A stretch of DNA of 64,000 nucleotides, taken from assembly GCA_964016885.1 (NCBI GenBank), contig OZ024740.1, positions 142,600,001-142,664,000 of the forward strand, read 5' to 3'. Source of the DNA: Eledone cirrhosa. Lineage: Eukaryota. Made by a program: the position numbers and the translations under genes. Below, piece after piece: positions 53,460 to 64,000 of the stretch; position 1 is the stretch's first letter, and the number at the start of each line of letters is the position of its first letter. Under the pieces are notes generated by a model. That model was not told where the DNA came from and did not search any database. It saw only the letters and a list, made by a program, of their open reading frames with translations.

Positions 53460-54386
53460 TACGATCTATACGTGGATATTTTACGTCTCGATGTGGGAGC
53501 TAAGTATATGTTTTGTTTATACCTTTACTTATTTGCATAGGTAAGTATATATTATCCGTATGTTTTGTGAAGGTACGTATACCTTCTCGTACGTATATTT
53601 GATTGTTATGGCGTATAATTTTTTTATATATTCTGGTACATATGGTTCAACTATGTGTATACGGGAGTTTTGCGTCTGTGTGAGTATGCAGGTTCGTACG
53701 TATGTAGGGCGTGTGTATATGTGTACTTCGTGTTTTGGTTGACTTACGTCTCCGAACATTCGTGTATTTACATGTAGGTATGTGTGCGCGCTTGTTATAT
53801 ACGTATTTATTTATTTATATACGTTTATATAATTATTTATTTATATACACGCTTACACACACACACATATTTATATGTGCGTGGTTTTGTTTACCTATGG
53901 TAAGTTTTTGCGTATGCTTGTGTATGTACGCTTCTGTTTGCGTCTATGTATTTATTTATTTCTATTACTTCTGTATTGTATTTATTTACTTTGTTCTTAA
54001 CTCCGTAGCGGAGATTCATTCGGTCTCCTGGTTAGAATTTAGTCTACGACTTCTGCTATACCATTTACGTGGTTTTGTCTTTGCGTGCTATTGTTCTCCA
54101 CGCTCCACATATGACGTATTATCTTCGTTTTTTTCGTTCATCGCCAGAGAACGTCTCTATGCACCACCTAAGAGAACATTAGTCTACGACCTCTATTATA
54201 CTATAAACGTGGTTCTGTCTTTGCGCGTATTGTTTTTCACCGCTCCTATTAATGACGTATTATATTCGTTTTTTCCCGTTCTTAGCCAGCGAACGTTTCC
54301 ACGAACCAAAGTATCGTCTTCCTGTCTTCCTCCGGTTGCAACGTTTTTTGAAATATCCAGTTCTGCGTTTACAGATTGACTTTGTT

Positions 54387-54437
54387 AGTTTCAGAAGATC
54401 CCGTTAAGGGTGAAAGCAGCGATTCTTTGCTTAAACT
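54387..54437 (+). ncRNA. Candidate non-canonical type I hammerhead ribozyme (CAGAAGA core); further copies at 50721-50775 (+) and 50834-50884 (-)
   Basis: agttt-CAGAAGA-t ccc gttaa ggg t-GAAA-gca gcgattctt tgc-TT-aaact: all three stems can form; core position 4 is A instead of U. Confidence 0.6.
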
Positions 54438-54544
54438 TTAATCTGTTATTTTAATAAATATTTGCTCTACGGTTCTTATATATTTGATATATATTTATCC
54501 TTATCGAGCCCTCTTTGGATTTTAGTCTTCAAATTTATTATTAT

Positions 54545-54548
<4 letters not shown>

Positions 54549-54628
<80 letters not shown>
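54549..54628. repeat. (TA)n microsatellite
   Basis: Directly visible. Confidence 0.98.
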
Positions 54629-54633
<5 letters not shown>

Positions 54634-54678
54634 AACATAGTTAATACATAGCATTGTGAGATATGTAATGAAAGACTC

Positions 54679-54721
54679 CAATGGATTAGCAGTCCATCGC
54701 CTTAACCACTCGGCCACCTCG
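54679..54721 (-). pseudogene. 5' half of tRNA-Ser(GCT)
   Basis: Minus strand cgaggtggccgagtggttaaggcgatggactGCTaatccattg has the D arm and anticodon arm (atgga/tccat) typical of metazoan tRNA-Ser(GCT). No variable arm, T arm or 3' acceptor strand. Confidence 0.8.
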
Positions 54722-54725
54722 AAGA

Positions 54726-54776
<51 letters not shown>

Positions 54777-54861
54777 TAGGAGGTGAGTTTTATTGTAGTA
54801 CAATAAAGCAATGCAGATATCGAATAAGAAGCACTCTACAGTTTGTAGGACTGGAGTATAC

Positions 54862-57141
54862 ATAATATAAGATCAAAAGATGGTTAAAGGAGTTCCATGT
54901 ATTTTATTATGCGCATTTCAAAAACAAACATCATCATGCAATAATATTTGTGTTTTCATCAGATAAAACAGGAGAACATGATATGAAGGCTAAAAAACAC
55001 TTGTGGATAGTGCAGTTTTAAATCAACATATGAAAAGTGGTTTTAGATTGATGTGTGATATTGGGAAAAATATTTTATTTAGAGAGGGGGGGGAAGGATG
55101 AAAAAGGGGAGGAGATGAGAGGGAGAGATGGGTGATAGAGAGAAAGAGATAGTTTTTATAACTGAGAGGAGATATATTGTTTTACATAGAGAGGTTGAAA
55201 ACCGTTAGAAGATAATGTATAAATTAAAAGAATTTGAAAATTAACGAAGGGAGGATATGTGCGAGGAAAAAATATTTTATTTAGGGAGGGGTGGTGGAAA
55301 GGATGAAAAAAGGGGGAGGAGATGAGAGTGAAGGTGGAGAGGGAGAGATGGGTGATAGAGAGAAAGAGATAGTTTTTATAACTGAGAAAAAGATATATTG
55401 TTTTACATAGAGAGGTTGAGAACCGTTGGAAGATAATGTATAAATTAAAGGAATTTGAAAATTAACGAAGGGAATTTATGTATGAAGATAGAGAGAAAAA
55501 ATAATAATTGTGGATGAATATTCTAACGTCAAAAAAAGTGTATGTTGATAAGTATTGTGGTAATTTCAAAATTAACGAAGAGAAAAATTATTAAGGTTTG
55601 TGTGTAGAAGGATTTGAGAAAAATAATGTGAAGTTAAAGTTTGTATATTGAAGGAATTGATAATATATGCGAATAAAGAGTTAATATGTATTAAGAATGA
55701 GTTCGTTGATGGGGAGAAAAAAATAATAAATTAAGGATGAAATTGAGATTAAAAAGTTTTATGATAGAGAGAACTCATATTTTCCTTGAAAGACAAAAAC
55801 ATTAAATATACCATCTTTTGGAAGAAGGTTTCTTCTGCATCCTCATACTTGAACAGCTCTCTATCTAAAATCTGTAATCTCTGCCTAAATGAAAAATTTA
55901 CCATTATCTCTAACCTAGATTCTATAATAAATAGACGTACAGATTTGTTTTCTATCTGCCTGCATAAATTCCATAGGACTTTTCACAAAGTATACAGTTA
56001 ATATTCAATTCTTTATCAATTTAGAATCTTTTCTCAAAGGCACATATATATACACCTCTTTAAAATATACCCATCTTCCTACCTTACTTTAAAGGGCATT
56101 ATACACTCTATAATACTTGTTTACTCATTACCCTCTTTCTATCTTCACCTTGTAAAATCCTTCATAACATATACATTTGTTTTTTGACGTTAGAATATTC
56201 ATCCGCAATCATTATTATTTTTTCTCTCTATCATAAAACTTTTTAATCTCAATTTCATCCTTAATTTATTATTTTTTTCTCCCCATCAACGAACTCATTC
56301 TTAATACATATTAACTCTTTATTCGCATATATTATCAATTCCTTCAATATACAAACTTTAACTTCACATTATTTTTCTCAAATCCTTCTACACACAAACC
56401 TTAATAATTTTTCTCTTCGTTAATTTTGAAATTGCCACAATACTTATCAACATACACTTTTTTTGACGTTAGAATATTCATCCACAATTATTATTTTTTC
56501 TCTCTATCTTCATACATAAATTCCCTTCGTTAATTTTCAAATTCCTTTAATTTATACATTATCTTCCAACGGTTCTCAACCTCTCTATGTAAAACAATAT
56601 ATCTTTTTCTCAGTTATAAAAACTATCTCTTTCTCTCTATCACCCATCTCTCCCTCTCCACCTTCACTCTCATCTCCTCCCCCTTTTTTCATCCTCCCCC
56701 CCCACCCCCTCCCTAAATAAAATATTTTTTCCTCGCACATATCCTCCCTTCGTTAATTTTCAAATTCTTTTAATTTATACATTATCTTCCAACGGTTTTC
56801 AACCTCTCTATGTAAAACAATATATCTCCTCTCAGTTATAAAAACTATCTCTTTCTCTCTATCACCCATCTCTCCCTCTCATCTCCTCCCCTTTTTCATC
56901 CTTCCCCCCCCCCCCCCTCTCTAAATAAAATATTTTTCCCAATATCACACATCAATCTAAAACCACTTTTCATATGTTGATTTAAAACTGCACTATCCAC
57001 AAGTGTTTTTTAGCCTTCATATCATGTTCTCCTGTTTTATCTGATGAAAACACAAATATTATTGCATGATGATGTTTGTTTTTGAAATGCGCATAATAAA
57101 ATACATGGAACTCCTTTAACCATCTTTTGATCTTATATTAT
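54862..57141 (+). mobile_element. Heavily 5'-truncated Naiad-type Penelope element forming a 2.3-kb fold-back (arms about 910 bp)
   Basis: 54862-55771 is the near-perfect reverse complement of 56223-57141. The loop encodes KDKNIKYTIFWK...CNLCLNEKFTI..INRRTDLFSICLH, homologous to the C-terminus of the 51330 ORF. Confidence 0.88.
57033..57103 (+). ncRNA. Type I hammerhead ribozyme with palindromic stem III (mirror copy about 54900-54970 on minus strand)
   Basis: tgttttat-CTGATGA-long stem II-GAAA-tgcgca-TA-ataaaata; stem III atgcgcat is self-complementary. Confidence 0.85.
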
Positions 57142-57802
57142 ATATATATATATATATATGAAGTAGCATAGTTAAATACAAAGCATTGTGAGATATGTAA
57201 TAAAAGAATTATAAGTTTCTATAAAACTTGTACAATGCAGTAGTGACAAATATACCATCATGGTGGAATTCCAGAGATTTCTAACCAAGAACAGCTACCC
57301 TACACCAAAATAGTTATATATGTATATATAGAGAGAGGTATGAGCCCAACTGCATGGCATTGCGATTGGGTTCATACCTCTCTCTATACCCACTCTGAAT
57401 CTAACCATGCACTGAGTACTTCCAAGATTAGTCACCTCGGTATCAGCATTGCAGATGTTATATATCATTATCATCATCAACATCATCAATGTTTAACATT
57501 CATTTTTCCATGCTAGCATGGGTTATAGTTATACACAGCCATATATAAATAGAGAGAGAGAGGGAGAGAGGAGGGATAGACACAGAGAATGTAGTGGTGT
57601 GAGGGATGTGGTCAATAGAGAGGGGGATTCATGGTGGAGAAATAGGTAAAGGGGTAGTAAGGGAGTAAGGAGTGGCTGTTGTGGAATGAATAAGAGGTAG
57701 AAAGAGTAGCTACTAGGGTGTAATAGTGAGGATATCTAATATCTTTAGAGGGGGTAGTAGTTAAGGAGTGGCTCTGGGGGTGGCATAGGTGGCGGGTGCT
57801 GT

Positions 57803-58002
57803 NNNNNNNNNNNNNNNNNNNNNNNNNNNNNNNNNNNNNNNNNNNNNNNNNNNNNNNNNNNNNNNNNNNNNNNNNNNNNNNNNNNNNNNNNNNNNNNNNN
57901 NNNNNNNNNNNNNNNNNNNNNNNNNNNNNNNNNNNNNNNNNNNNNNNNNNNNNNNNNNNNNNNNNNNNNNNNNNNNNNNNNNNNNNNNNNNNNNNNNNNN
58001 NN
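57803..58002. other. Assembly gap (200 N)
   Basis: Run of N. Confidence 1.
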
Positions 58003-58021
58003 AGACATACCCATGAATTTG

Positions 58022-58086
58022 TATTTTATCTGATGAAAGCATACCAATGTTGTCTTGGTTGCCCTTGAAATATATATAATAAAATA
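58022..58086 (+). ncRNA. Type I hammerhead ribozyme
   Basis: tattttat-CTGATGA-aagcataccaatgttgtcttggttgccctt-GAAA-tatata-TA-ataaaata: 8-bp stem I, palindromic stem III. Confidence 0.8.
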
Positions 58087-58544
58087 AATATGGTTTTATA
58101 AATATAGTTTCCATATATTTAATATCATTGAATATTTACTCCAGTAACTTGTTGAGTGCTCTAAATCAGTTATAAACATTTATGTTTGTCGGACTTCCAA
58201 CAAATTAAATACAACTTCTACTTATATATATATATATAGAGAGAGAGGGGGGTTGAAAATTCATCTTTGATTCTTTTTTCTATATTTTTACCTTTGTTGA
58301 ATATATTAAAATACTTAACTTAAAAGAAATATATATATATATAGGTAGATATATAGATCTGTATAAATATATATATGAATGTATATATATACACACATAT
58401 ATATATATATGCGTGTGTGTGTGTGTAACATCATCATCATCATTGACTTTTTAACATCTGCTTTCCTTGATAGCAAGTTTTGGATGGGTCTACATAGACA
58501 AATCAGTACTGAAGTGGTGACTACTTATCTCCAAGATATTTCTC

Positions 58545-59130
58545 CATTAAATGGAGGATTCTAGAAATATCTAAGCCCTACATAAACTGAACAAAGTCGT
58601 GTAAGTTATGCACAGATGAAAGATGGAACATAGTAAAAAAACAGACTTTTTCAACTGTTGCCCACACATCTTCAAATACATACTTATAAACTGGAAAAAC
58701 CCAGGTTAAAAATAGATCCCACAGAACACAAACAACACACCTTGATGCACCCTTCATCTCTCCCAATGAACAATATGGAGAGACTGTCTAATTAACATCA
58801 AATAAGCCACATGAAGTGCCTTACCTCCCATCAGCTCCTCACCCACTCCAGATCTTCTCCTTATTGCCCCTAACCCTTGTTGATTATTAAGCATACACTA
58901 AAATATAAACATGATATAAGTTATCTCCCTCTGCTCTCACTAAAAAAAAGGGTTACCTCCCCTTTTCATTCCTTCTACAACTCTAACCCTTTAATAATTA
59001 TTGCCCCTTTCTTTCAAACTCTTTTACAAAAGAAGCCCTAAACCAATACCAGAGTTCATTTCAATATGGCTGAACTAATGAGCTAAGAATTTCTTAGATA
59101 CTTCTAGTGAAACACATGTTTTCAGATAAT
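58545..59130 (+). mobile_element. Old Naiad-type Penelope 3' remnant with a decayed hammerhead at 59070-59125
   Basis: Reads KWRILEISKPYIN*TKSCKLCTDERWNI..FNCCPH. Downstream: ctgaa-CTAATGA-...-GAAA-cacatg-TT-ttcag. Confidence 0.65.
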
Positions 59131-59498
59131 GTATTGTTGATGTAATATATTATTTTGTATAACACAACTCGTCCTTCTAGATTGAGTGTTTTATTATGAA
59201 ATTTAACTTCAATTAATTTTGTCCATCTTTTTACTATATTATAATATCATAAGTATTAGCTAAATAACATATATTGAAACATTTATAAAGCAATTAAATG
59301 ATTTGAGAAATCTAGTCTATCATTTTAATTATATATATATATATATAATATATATATAATTTATATACATATATACATGCATACTTACATATATACATAT
59401 ATATGTACATATAAACATATATATGAATGTATGTGTGTGTGTATGCACATCAAAATAGAGCTTCAGTATTACTAATTCTGCCTTTTTTTCTTTCATAG

Positions 59499-59657
59499 CA
59501 GGAGACACCACCAGAAAAAGAATATTCCGTTAACGCCAGTCTAAAAAACAGTACGTGTTCTGAAAATAATACAGATCCAGATATAAATATGGAATATTCT
59601 GGGCTGGACTATAGTGAAGGTGAACAATGTTTACAATTTGCTGATGGGGAGCAATAA
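59499..59657 (+). CDS. Probable terminal coding exon of the host gene (acidic cytoplasmic tail); exon continues to the donor at 59710
   Basis: Acceptor cttttttttctttcatag (TAGCAG tandem), phase 0 frame QETPPEKEYSVNASLK...QFADGEQ*, donor cag|gtaagt. Phase matches the 36735-36849 exon. Confidence 0.6.
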   Translation, partial: QETPPEKEYSVNASLKNSTCSENNTDPDINMEYSGLDYSEGEQCLQFADGEQ

Positions 59658-61649
59658 CACTGACTTGTTCTATTATAAGAGACTTCAGAAGGAAGTTTCC
59701 ATCAAAACAGGTAAGTATTTCATATGAGCATTGATCTATTGGTCTAAAAGCAATGCTATAGGGCTTCTAAATTTATAGGCTAAAGGGTCTAAAACTAATA
59801 AAGGTAAGGCAATTATTAGGTAATATCTATCAATTTTCAGAAACAGTTATGTTTGAGAAGTTTGTTTTGCAATCCTATGTTTTTACTATAGTATTGGGTC
59901 AACCCAAACCTTGTTAGTGAAATAGGGCTGTGAGGAAGCCCAACAGATGGTTCATATCTGTAATTCAAAGGCCCAGTCTTATAACATATTGGTTGCACAG
60001 ATTTTGCCTATGTTAAGGGTACATGCATTTGTAAAATACTCAACCACTTACATGTTAATTCATGAGTTAGGCATTCAGTTGATTGAAATACTAAGTGCTC
60101 ATCAACTAAACTAATGGGTGATCTATTATCATCAGCAAATTATATATATTTTTACAGCTAAACAGTATGCATATGTATGAGCAAATATGCATGTGCACAT
60201 GTGTATTTCCATGTGTAACTTTGAAACACTATCTTATCACCTGGAAAAATAATGATGCACTTTTCAAATGTTGTGTCATATCAAAACTAAATTTCGTCAA
60301 TCCTTCATAATATCCACAAATTCTAAGCCGAATAATGTAATAGGCACAGATATGTCTGTTTGGTTAAGGAGTTCACTTTGAAGCCTTGGTCAATATATTT
60401 TAGTATAGCCTAGGGTTGACTAATACCTAGTGTGTGTGTCTTTCACTTACTGTCAACAAAGGATGTAAGCATCATCAATAAAAACCAATAAAGCAGAGTT
60501 CTTTGAAAGTAAATATCCTGCAGCATTTGTTCTGCCAAACTTGAACAGACACTTCCTTGTTACTCCTGCCTTTGCGGACCTGCTAACCTTTAAAAGACAC
60601 AAATGGGGGGAGGGGGTACCATGAAATAAAGGGCCCAAAAATGGGGAGAAATGAGGCAAAATAGGGAGATTTTACATAATGAAAGCTGTACCCATTTTCA
60701 CAAAAATGGGGCGATGGGAGAAATGAGCTAAAATGGGGAGATCTCCCCATCGGACAGGAAGAGTTGACAGGTCTGCCTTTGTAAGTGTAGTGAATTAGTG
60801 TTTGGTCTGTTTGAAACTTGTGACAACTGATGCTTTTGCTCACAAAGTGATATTTTTTTAAATAATTATTTTTTAAATGTCACATTAAAAAGGAAAAAAA
60901 CATTGATAATGTTTAATTGTTGAAAACATGAAATGTTTTTATGGAACGAAAAAGGGGAATAAGCGAAACCTATTTCAATAGCTATATTGTAAATCATCAG
61001 CTGATCTTAAGAGTCATCTCAGAGCACATGGGAGTAAATAGAGTTTGACTGAACAATGAATAAATAATGGGATGGTTATCATGTGACAAGATGAAGCAAT
61101 CAACATTATCCCATGTGTGTGTATATGTATGTGCATAAGTGTGTGTGTGTGCATGTGTTTGTTTATTTATTGAGTATACACATGTAAATATATTTGCAGC
61201 TTAACCACAAGCATGCTGTCACAGTACTTTTGTTAATTAACAGGTATTGCCAATGCATATACTGGTATGTAAAAGAACACAAACAGCACATGTTCACAAC
61301 ATTTTCCATAAGTAGCTGTGAGCAATCTTCCCCACTCTCCCTCTCTCTCTCTCTCTTTCTCACTCTCTCCTGCCACCTCACAAATGACAGCCAAAATGCA
61401 AAGACCCTAGTGGTTTATAAATGGAGTTTATTTGCACTGAAAACTTCTAAAATTGTTAGTTATGTCATCATAACTCTTTCATTACCATATTTCTAATGAA
61501 AAACACTATAATTTTCAAACCATTTTGAAAATAATTTATCTGGATTTGGAACATAACTTAAAAAGGGTTCTTAAATAAAATTATGATGGAAGGTTTATAA
61601 ATAAGCATAAACATTTCAAAACAAAAGTCTAGGCTTTGCTAGCTTAAAA

Positions 61650-62838
61650 CTCTGATGAGCACACCAAACCTGACTGATGCCCATCTGGCACTGTTAAAGA
61701 ACGTTTAAAGAACTGCTTTGCTCTGCCAAAACTTCCATACACCTTCCACAGTGCCTCCTGCTACAGCCAAGCATCTCTCACACAGATCTCTATACCTGTA
61801 TCTGAAGGGCTGCTGACGAAATATGCAATGTCTGATTTGATGACTCCAGATGGCAACAAGCCACCTTACCCATCAAATATGGTGACCTCAGTCTCTAGTC
61901 TTTCCTGTCCTGCCAGCATTTCTTTTGTTTTGTTGGTGACCTCTTGCCATGACCTCATCAACAGAGTTCTCCCCAACACAAGTGAACCTGCTGTCATCAG
62001 GAATGTGTGGCAGCCTATACAACATAGAAACAGTTGGGAACATCCATCCCTTTCTCCTATGTAGACATCCAGTCCTCCAAAAATAAATGGGACACCATTG
62101 AATGCAACATGATCCTGGATAGGCTGGTGCGCCAGCTTGATCAGCACTGTCTGGCATGTTTTCACTTGGCCTCCCAACCCCACCTGGCTCACTCTTGACA
62201 GACACTCAACTAGACAGCAACTGTTTGTGTGTTAGTATTTTTTAAAGACTCAGCCTCTGGATTTTTGAGCCTTACAAAGGCTGCTGTGAATCCACTGTGG
62301 ATTCTTTCAGTCTCCACCCGCTGTCATGTTATCATAGTACTGGTCACCTCCAATGCCATGCTGTTCTCAACAAGATTATAAAACATGGCCTGGACCCCAT
62401 AGGCTTCCCTTCCTGGTCCAAGCTAGCAGGGCTGGACTCAGGGGTTTAGCAAAAGGCCAGATGGCATGACAATCTTCTCATTCCATGAGGGTAGACCCCT
62501 CATCTGGGATGCCACATGTTTCAACATCTTCAGTGGCAACTGGTGTGTTTGGCTACCAGCTCAGGTTTTGCTGCCTGCCAAACTGAAAAAGGCAATCTGT
62601 CAAATTATCGGCCACTTGCTGATAGGTTTGTGGTCAAGCCTGTGGAAATGAAGACTTCTGGCATTCTTGGCTCCCAGAACACATCCCTACTCACTGCTAT
62701 CAGGGCAAAGCTGGCTACCTGCAAGTGTAAGCCCCATGAGATGGAATGGCTAGTCCAGCGTATCTCTCCCACCATCATCCTGAACAATGTCTTCTCCATC
62801 CCGTCTGACAGAATAACAACGATGATGATGATGATGAT
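61650..62838 (+). mobile_element. Decayed CRE-like LINE 3' fragment (restriction-like endonuclease)
   Basis: RPDGMTIF..EGRPLIWDATC...KPVEMKTSGILG...EMEWLVQRIS; (gat)n tail. Confidence 0.7.
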
Positions 62839-63140
62839 CTGAGTTTTTATTATTTTCAATGAGATATTGTATGTATTAACTTTGTATTTTATTGTAGAAC
62901 AAGTGACAGTTTCAGGCAGTTTGGTATCAAAATAGTTAATAGTTTCTAATTCGATTTGGCATATATTTATATAATAATGGTGGGGAAAATCTATAGTAGA
63001 TCTTCAACTGCCAGTAGGACTCAACCCTATGTGGTTGCTGACTTTGGTATCTGTAACAAGCAGAGTTTAATAATAATAATAATACAGACAGTGACTTATG
63101 CTTATATAAAGGTGTAACAATGATTTTCCTTTATACTTGA

Positions 63141-63226
63141 TTGTTCACAAATCTGATGAGTCAGGCCCAGTTGTGTCCAATCATACCTTCAGCTGATTGA
63201 TGGCGAAATATGTCAAAGGTGAATAA
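63141..63226 (+). ncRNA. Type I hammerhead ribozyme motif
   Basis: ttgttcac aaat-CTGATGA-gtca...tggc-GAAA-tatg-TC-aaag gtgaataa; the base of stem I is mismatched. Confidence 0.55.
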
Positions 63227-63274
63227 AATATGTACAGGATGCTTAATTGATTCGTCATTCTCACTTACTTATTA

Positions 63275-63472
63275 GAGTGTCAAACAACATGCTTTGCGGC
63301 ATAGAGTTATGGCCCTTTGCATTCTGATTTCAAATCCCGCTGAAGTTAGCTTTGCCTTTCATCCTTATGGGGTCAATAAAATAAAGCACCTGTAATGCAC
63401 TGGGGGCGATTTAATCGACATTCCCCTCCCCTTCAAATTGCTGGCCTTGTGCCTAAAGTAGAAACAATTATT
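63275..63472 (+). mobile_element. tRNA-derived SINE (longer variant)
   Basis: Family core and tail with the extra segment gggggcgatttaatcgacattcccctcccc. Confidence 0.82.
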
Positions 63473-64000
63473 ATATATACATATATACATATATATATAT
63501 ATTTATATGTATGTATGTGTGTATGTATGCAAGTATATATATATTGGCTCTCTTCTATTTCAGATGGCTGTATTGAACACATCACCATATAAGTGTGCAT
63601 TCTAGTTGTGATATGTCAACCAAGACGTGCAGCTCCCAATTTATAAGTGGAGAGGTCCCTTGAGTAATTAATGATAAATCTTTTTTATTCGAAAAATATA
63701 ATACTTTTCCGAAAACAACTTTTAAAAAAAAGAATCAAAACAATTTAATGACAAGAGCAAAAAAACAAAAAAAAAGGGAAGAAAAATTATAAAAAGAAGA
63801 ATTTTCTTTTCTTTCAAGTGGATGTTTTTCAATCGTTTACCCATGAGGCCTTTAAATGCTCCAATGATATCAGTTTGAAAAAAAAAAGAATTTACAAAAA
63901 AAAAAAACATAAAGGAATTGCATATAACAAAAATGGATAAAAAAGGAGAAAAAAAAACAAAGTACTAACCAGACTAGAAAAATGTATGAAAAACACCACA

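Larger units (their letters stand above)
50690..54548 (+). mobile_element. Near-intact Penelope-like element (Naiad-type) with inverted 5' pLTR, inserted in (TA)n
   Basis: 50811-51297 is the reverse complement of about 53973-54461; 35-bp inverted ends at 50690-50724 and 54514-54548; (TA)n on both sides; central RT/GIY-YIG ORF. Confidence 0.9.

Noticed and set aside
53711-54379. 222-aa hydrophobic ORF in the Penelope 3' region
   Set aside because: Low-complexity TG/TA-rich sequence overlapping the pLTR; no recognisable domain.
57745-58114. ORFs spanning the N run
   Set aside because: Artefacts of the assembly gap.
60450-60580. Possible minus-strand exon with a gtaagt donor
   Set aside because: No frame is open to the donor and no product is recognisable.

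Overview
AT-rich, microsatellite-dense animal genomic DNA. The repeat families (tRNA-derived SINEs, RTE, Dong/R4, CR1, Tx1, CRE, Penelope-like elements) suggest a cephalopod such as octopus, but that assignment is inference. There are no prokaryotic features and no CRISPR array. Most of the window appears to be intronic. Two phase-compatible + strand exons (36735-36849 and 59499-59710) encode the C-terminus of a probable membrane protein, and the introns are filled with retrotransposons. Large elements: two tandem Dong/R4 LINEs in (TAA)n, a CR1-like LINE, a near full-length RTE with a PHD finger inside its RT, a near-intact Naiad-type Penelope element, a non-autonomous Helitron and a dozen or more SINE copies or fragments. 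The main signal is a set of Penelope-derived fold-back insertions in (TA)n tracts, with inverted arms of about 260, 490 and 910 bp. These and other remnants carry about ten type I hammerhead ribozyme motifs, including a non-canonical CAGAAGA (U4A) core present in three copies in the near-intact element. A 5' half of tRNA-Ser(GCT) lies between two of these insertions. All calls come from reading the sequence by eye; no searches were run.
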